Origin: an uncultured Pseudomonadales bacterium
Lineage (GTDB): Bacteria > Patescibacteriota > Microgenomatia > UBA1400 > Chazhemtobacteraceae
Direction of reading: 5' to 3'
Assembly (NCBI GenBank): GCA_964422035.1
Contig: CAYQZQ010000001.1
Coordinates: 121,013 to 185,012 of the forward strand
Length of the DNA stretch: 64,000 nucleotides
The translations under genes were made by a program, and so were the position numbers. Shown piece by piece: positions 59,589 to 64,000 of this stretch. The notes under the pieces were generated by a model, which saw only the letters and a program-made list of their open reading frames with translations, made no database searches and was not told where the DNA came from. Position 1 is the stretch's first letter; the number at the start of each line of letters is the position of its first letter.

Positions 59589-61058
59589 GTGATGAAAAAG
59601 ATTGTAGTAAGCTTAATTGCATTGTTTTTGAGTTTGAGTTTTTCCAAGCCGGCAGTGGCTGTAGTTGATCCCCTGGCGTCTGATAATAACAAGGTTGGAG
59701 TTCACATTCTGCATACAGACGAGTTGGAGCAAGCGGCAAAATTGGTCAACGGTAAAAACGGTAAATGGGGGTACGTTACTGTGCCGATTGAGACTACTGA
59801 CAGAAATAGAGAAAAGTGGAATAAGTTTATGGATAAAGCTGACAAGAAAAAGGTTATTCCTATTATTCGTATTGCTACCTTGGTGAAAGAGGTCCACTGG
59901 GAAGAACCTGAAAGTTTGGACTTGATTGCTTTTGCAAATTTTTTAAATGACTTAAACTGGCCCACAAAAAACAGGTATGTGATTGTGTTTAATGAGGTCA
60001 ACAGAAATGATGAATTTGGAGGCATGGTTAACCCCGGCAGATATGCTGATATTCTGGTAAATACCTCTAGGATATTTAAAAATCGAAATGAGGAATTTTT
60101 TATCCTGCCAGCAGGACTTGACCTAGCATCAGTCAATAGGAATGGGGCTATGGAGTGGAGGAATTTTTGGAAACAAGCGTATAACCACAATCCTAAAGTG
60201 TTTGAGGTGATTGATGGATGGACCAGTCATTCTTATCCAAACCCTGGATTTATAGGAAGTCCGAGAGACAAGGGGGTAATGTCGATTTCTGGCTTTAAGT
60301 ATGAGCTTGATTTTGTTTCAAATTATACAGATAAAAAAATGCCGGTTTTTATTACAGAAACAGGATGGGATCAAGATAGAATTGAGGAAGAAAAAGTAGC
60401 TTCTTACTTTGATTATGCATTTGACAATGTGTGGTCTGATGTTAGGGTGGCTGCAGTTACACCTTTTCTTTTGTCTGCAGGAGATGGCCCTTTTGAAAAG
60501 TTTTCTTTACTAGACAAATCTGCTCAACCTACTGAACCGTATAAAGTAATTAATAATAAGACAAGCAAAGGATCTCCTAAATTAGCCGATGACAATGATG
60601 AAGTATTGGGGGTTAGCACCAGGGATCTTCTAGACAACTCTGAGTCGGATTTGTGGGGTTCGGTCAAAAACTGGTGGTTTTTATTTGTCAGTTGGCTGTC
60701 TGGATCCAAGGACTCTGAGATAAAACACATTAAAGTTGACAATAAAGTGTATAAGGTTAAAGTAGCTGACGAACCTATTGAGCAAGGGAAAGGACTATCA
60801 GGAACTGATAAGATTGCCGATGATGAAGGAATGTGGTTTGTATTTGAAGAGGCGGGCATGCGTTCATTTTGGATGAAGGGAATGAAGTTTGATATTGATA
60901 TTGTCTGGATAAGTAAGGGAGAGGTTATCGGTGTGGACAGAGCCAGTTACGATAGACCTTATAGAACACTTGTTTCCCCTAGTAAAGTTGATAGAGTACT
61001 TGAAGTGAAACAGAACTCGGGCATAATGGTAGGAGACAAGGTAGAAGTTTTAAATTGA
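59589..61058 (+). CDS. secreted fusion protein: clan GH-A-like glycoside hydrolase domain plus C-terminal DUF192 domain
   Basis: Signal peptide MMKKIVVSLIALFLSLSFSKPAVA. FNEVN (acid/base-like NEx) and FITETGW (nucleophile-like TExG) motifs. C-terminal GLSGTD...GMWFVF...FWMKGMKFDIDIVWI is typical of DUF192/COG1430. Confidence 0.55.
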   Translation: MMKKIVVSLIALFLSLSFSKPAVAVVDPLASDNNKVGVHILHTDELEQAAKLVNGKNGKWGYVTVPIETTDRNREKWNKFMDKADKKKVIPIIRIATLVKEVHWEEPESLDLIAFANFLNDLNWPTKNRYVIVFNEVNRNDEFGGMVNPGRYADILVNTSRIFKNRNEEFFILPAGLDLASVNRNGAMEWRNFWKQAYNHNPKVFEVIDGWTSHSYPNPGFIGSPRDKGVMSISGFKYELDFVSNYTDKKMPVFITETGWDQDRIEEEKVASYFDYAFDNVWSDVRVAAVTPFLLSAGDGPFEKFSLLDKSAQPTEPYKVINNKTSKGSPKLADDNDEVLGVSTRDLLDNSESDLWGSVKNWWFLFVSWLSGSKDSEIKHIKVDNKVYKVKVADEPIEQGKGLSGTDKIADDEGMWFVFEEAGMRSFWMKGMKFDIDIVWISKGEVIGVDRASYDRPYRTLVSPSKVDRVLEVKQNSGIMVGDKVEVLN

Positions 61059-61070
61059 TAGAATACTGTT

Positions 61071-61454
61071 ATGGATTTTTATCAGGACAGTGGTTTGAAA
61101 AAAAAGGTTGATGAATTAATTGAGAAGCTTGATTTTAAGCATATTAGAGCAGAGCAGGTCAAGGTATTTAGATCGATTGGTTCTACTTCAAGGGCAAGAG
61201 CGAGAATTTATGCAATGCCTAGAATTTGGCAGAAGGCACTGGAAGTTAAGCCTCACTACTGTATTGAATTTATCAGCGAGAATTTTGATCATTTGAGTGA
61301 GAACGATAAACTTAAAGTGATGATTCATGAGTTAATGCATATCCCAAAAACGTTCTCTGGCGCTTTAACTCCTCATCGGGGCAAGGGCAGAAGAGCTCAA
61401 GTAACTTCGAAAGCAGTTAATCAATTGTTTAAAAAATACAGAAATCGATGCTAA
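61071..61454 (+). CDS. small putative zinc metallohydrolase (HExxH), family uncertain
   Basis: MIHELMHI motif near the C-terminus. 127 aa. No confident family assignment. Confidence 0.4.
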   Translation: MDFYQDSGLKKKVDELIEKLDFKHIRAEQVKVFRSIGSTSRARARIYAMPRIWQKALEVKPHYCIEFISENFDHLSENDKLKVMIHELMHIPKTFSGALTPHRGKGRRAQVTSKAVNQLFKKYRNRC

Positions 61455-62122
61455 TTTTAATGGGCGAAAACCAGGTGAAGTCAAGAAATGTCTTGAATGA
61501 ATTAAAAAAACAGACAAAAGCTAAGGGAAAAGAAATTATTCGCTTAAAAGGAAAAAGTGTAGAACTGGCTGAGCTCAAGCAGGCAATGGAGTCGGAGAGT
61601 TTGTTTGGTGGAGAGAAATTGGTAGTTATTGAAGAGGTATTTTCTTCGAGAGAAAGCAGTAGAAAGCAAGATATAAAAGATTACTTAAAGGAGGGATTTA
61701 ATAATTTAATCGTCTGGGAGGGAAAAAAGATTGATAAGCGCAAACTTAAGGGTTTTGATGCCGAAATTAAAGAATTTGAGGTATCTTCAGTCATATTCAA
61801 GCTGACTGACTCTTTGTCTTCTGATAATACAGATCAAATGATTAAGTTATTAAGCTCATGTTTGGAAAAAGAGTCACCTGAGATGATCTTTTATATGATT
61901 ACCAGACAAGTTAGACTAATGCTGCAAGCAATCGATAATGCTGATGATTTTAAGGGACCCGGATGGTTGAAGGGAAAAATGAAACGACAAGCGAAGGGAT
62001 TGGGGAAAGATAAGTTACTCAAACTTCATGAAAATCTATATATGATTGATAAGGGAATTAAGACTGGAGGTTCTCCTATCGGACTTGATGCTCAGTTGGA
62101 GATGTTATTAATTAGTCTATAG
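61448..62122 (+). CDS. holA: DNA polymerase III delta-like subunit, minimal form
   Basis: ILMGEN...ELKQAMESESLFGGEKLVVIEE resembles the HolA N-terminal region. 224 aa. Overlaps the previous gene. Confidence 0.45.
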   Translation: MLILMGENQVKSRNVLNELKKQTKAKGKEIIRLKGKSVELAELKQAMESESLFGGEKLVVIEEVFSSRESSRKQDIKDYLKEGFNNLIVWEGKKIDKRKLKGFDAEIKEFEVSSVIFKLTDSLSSDNTDQMIKLLSSCLEKESPEMIFYMITRQVRLMLQAIDNADDFKGPGWLKGKMKRQAKGLGKDKLLKLHENLYMIDKGIKTGGSPIGLDAQLEMLLISL

Positions 62123-62129
62123 TGTAGTT

Positions 62130-63209
62130 ATGATCGGTAAAAAAATTCTTGATAAAGAAGGCAGTTATAAAATTGATAAAAGCGGTGTATATGAGTCTGT
62201 TTTGGCTTTGCCAGACCAGATTTTAAGTATTTGGAATCAGGCAGACGATCTAAAAGTAAGCGACGAGCTTAAAAAAATAGATAAGATAATTGTGGCAGGA
62301 ATGGGAGGATCAGCACTTGGAGCACGAGTGATTAAGTCCTTGGCTGGTAGAGATCTTAAAGTTCCTTTGGAGATTGTTAATAGCTATCATTTGCCTGGTT
62401 ATGCGGACGATAATACTTTAGTAATTTTGTCCAGTTATTCGGGAAATACTGAAGAAGTTTTAGCTGCCGCAAAAGAAAGTATAACAATGGGGTGCAAAAA
62501 CTTTGTAATTACAACAGGAGGCGAATTACTTAAAATGGCCAATAAACATGATTGGCCTATTATTAAGATCGAGCCGGCGAAAAACCCAAGCAATCAGCCC
62601 AGAATGGCAATCGGGTATAGTGTTATGGCTCAGATGTCACTATTTAACAAAATTGGAGTATGGAGCTTAAAATCCGAGAAGATCGAGAAGGTTATAGACT
62701 GGCTTAGTCATCAGCAAAAAAACTGGGTTAGAGAAATTGATCAGAGCAAAAATTCTGCCAAAAGATTAAGTTTTCAACTTAAAAATAAGGCTGCTGTTTT
62801 AATTGCTGGTGATTTTTTGCAAGGAGCTGTACATGTTTTAAAGAACCAATTAAACGAAAACGCCAAAACATTTGCCGTTCGATTTGATATTCCTGAGCTC
62901 AATCATCACTTAATGGAAGGATTAGGTAAACCTGAAGAGCTTGATAAAAAATTGCATTTTTTACTGTTTGACTCAAAATTGTATGATGACAAGATCAGAA
63001 AGAGAATCAAGGTAACGGAGGAGGTAATTTTAAAACAAGGATATGAAGTTACCAGATTGGTGGTGGAAGGAAAAAGTAAGTTTGATCAGGTTTGGGAGGT
63101 CATTCAGTTTGGAGAATTTATCAGTCTTTATTTGGCTGTGTTGCATAAGATAAATCCTGCCCCTATTCCCTGGGTTGATTACTTTAAGAAACAAATTAAG
63201 AGCGGATAA
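62130..63209 (+). CDS. bifunctional phosphoglucose/phosphomannose isomerase (SIS family)
   Basis: Two SIS-like halves. VAGMGGSALGARV and ILSSYSGNTEE motifs. Confidence 0.8.
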   Translation: MIGKKILDKEGSYKIDKSGVYESVLALPDQILSIWNQADDLKVSDELKKIDKIIVAGMGGSALGARVIKSLAGRDLKVPLEIVNSYHLPGYADDNTLVILSSYSGNTEEVLAAAKESITMGCKNFVITTGGELLKMANKHDWPIIKIEPAKNPSNQPRMAIGYSVMAQMSLFNKIGVWSLKSEKIEKVIDWLSHQQKNWVREIDQSKNSAKRLSFQLKNKAAVLIAGDFLQGAVHVLKNQLNENAKTFAVRFDIPELNHHLMEGLGKPEELDKKLHFLLFDSKLYDDKIRKRIKVTEEVILKQGYEVTRLVVEGKSKFDQVWEVIQFGEFISLYLAVLHKINPAPIPWVDYFKKQIKSG

Positions 63210-64000
63210 TCTTTAAAACCTGATCTTTTTTTTCTTCCATTGTTTTTTTGTCTACTGCTTCTAGATTAAGTCTGATTTTTGGTTCAGTATTGGAAGCTCT
63301 TACGTTAAACCAGAAGTCGTCATATTCTATGGTTATTCCATCAAGTTTTGATATGTTGTTGGCGTCTGAAAAATCTTGTTCAAGTTGTTTTATTTTGGCT
63401 TGAGGGTCTTTTACTTTTGAATTAATTTCACCTGAGTGATGATATTTTTGCAAAGGCTTTATTATTTCGGACAGGGGCTTGTTTTCTTCTGATACGAAAT
63501 GCAAAAACTTTGTTAGTAGGATTGTGGGCGCTTCAAATGTCCCATATTTAGTTTTGTAAAAGTAGTGACCTGACGACTCACCTCCAAAAGGAGCGTCTTC
63601 CTTAATCATTTGCTCTTTGATCAGAGAGTGACCTACTCTTGTGACTGAAGGCTTGCCTCCCGCATTTTTTATCATGTCTAAGGTAATCTTTCCGGGTCTT
63701 ATGTCGTAACAGATAGTTGAGTTAGGCTTTTTTTCAAGGATAATTTGAGCCATTATACCTCTTAGAATTTCTTGTCTGACTACCTTGCCCTTTTCATCAA
63801 TTATAAAATATCTATCCCCATCACCATCCGGCGCTAAGCCTAGATCTGCTTTGTGCTCAACTACTGCATCTTTTATGGTCTTTAGATTCTCCTCTTCAAG
63901 TGGATCGGCGGGATGAGAGGGAAAGCTACCATCAAGCTTGAAGTTTATTTTTATTAATTCAATTTGAGGAAGCTTTTCAAAAAGAGCTTCTATGTCAAGT
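63196..64000 (-). CDS. phosphomannomutase/phosphoglucomutase; 5' portion lies outside the window
   Basis: GGESSGHYFY phosphosugar-binding loop and RASNTEPKIRL. The upstream frame stays open to the window edge and contains GLAPDGDGDR metal-binding loop. Confidence 0.8.
   Translation of the reverse strand, partial: LDIEALFEKLPQIELIKINFKLDGSFPSHPADPLEEENLKTIKDAVVEHKADLGLAPDGDGDRYFIIDEKGKVVRQEILRGIMAQIILEKKPNSTICYDIRPGKITLDMIKNAGGKPSVTRVGHSLIKEQMIKEDAPFGGESSGHYFYKTKYGTFEAPTILLTKFLHFVSEENKPLSEIIKPLQKYHHSGEINSKVKDPQAKIKQLEQDFSDANNISKLDGITIEYDDFWFNVRASNTEPKIRLNLEAVDKKTMEEKKDQVLKIIRS

Overview
The window reads as a compact, moderately AT-rich bacterial genome segment with dense coding, many short minimised housekeeping proteins and a large type IV pilus locus, which is consistent with a CPR/Patescibacteria-like organism (inference only). 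Contents: lspA-rluD; gyrA-ppa-gyrB-holB' on the minus strand; a roughly 12 kb type IV pilus locus (pilB-pilT-pilC-pilin-pilD, seven further pilin-like genes, a pilX-like gene, pilM-pilN-pilO); the recG-rpmF-nusB-rnc-rpsP-khpA block; a class A PBP; the classical thrS-infC-rpmI-rplT-pheS-pheT cluster; tig; polX; lemA-htpX; clpB; gatCAB; dnaE; pyrG; rplS; ruvCAB; PGI/PMI and PMM; and five tRNAs (Val-GAC, Thr-CGT, Asp-GTC, Lys-TTT, Glu-TTC). No rRNA or CRISPR array was seen. The strongest candidate for something new is a roughly 2 kb insertion bounded by an intact tRNA-Asp and a 51-bp direct-repeat copy of that tRNA's 3' two-thirds; it carries a single 624-aa ORF of unrecognised function and no integrase. 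Other items worth a second look: a 1.2 kb AT-rich non-coding tract with iteron-like repeats and a consensus DnaA box upstream of a tyrosine recombinase; an unannotated bL32 gene; a non-AUG infC start; a tRNA overlapping a CDS end; and a secreted GH-like/DUF192 fusion protein.
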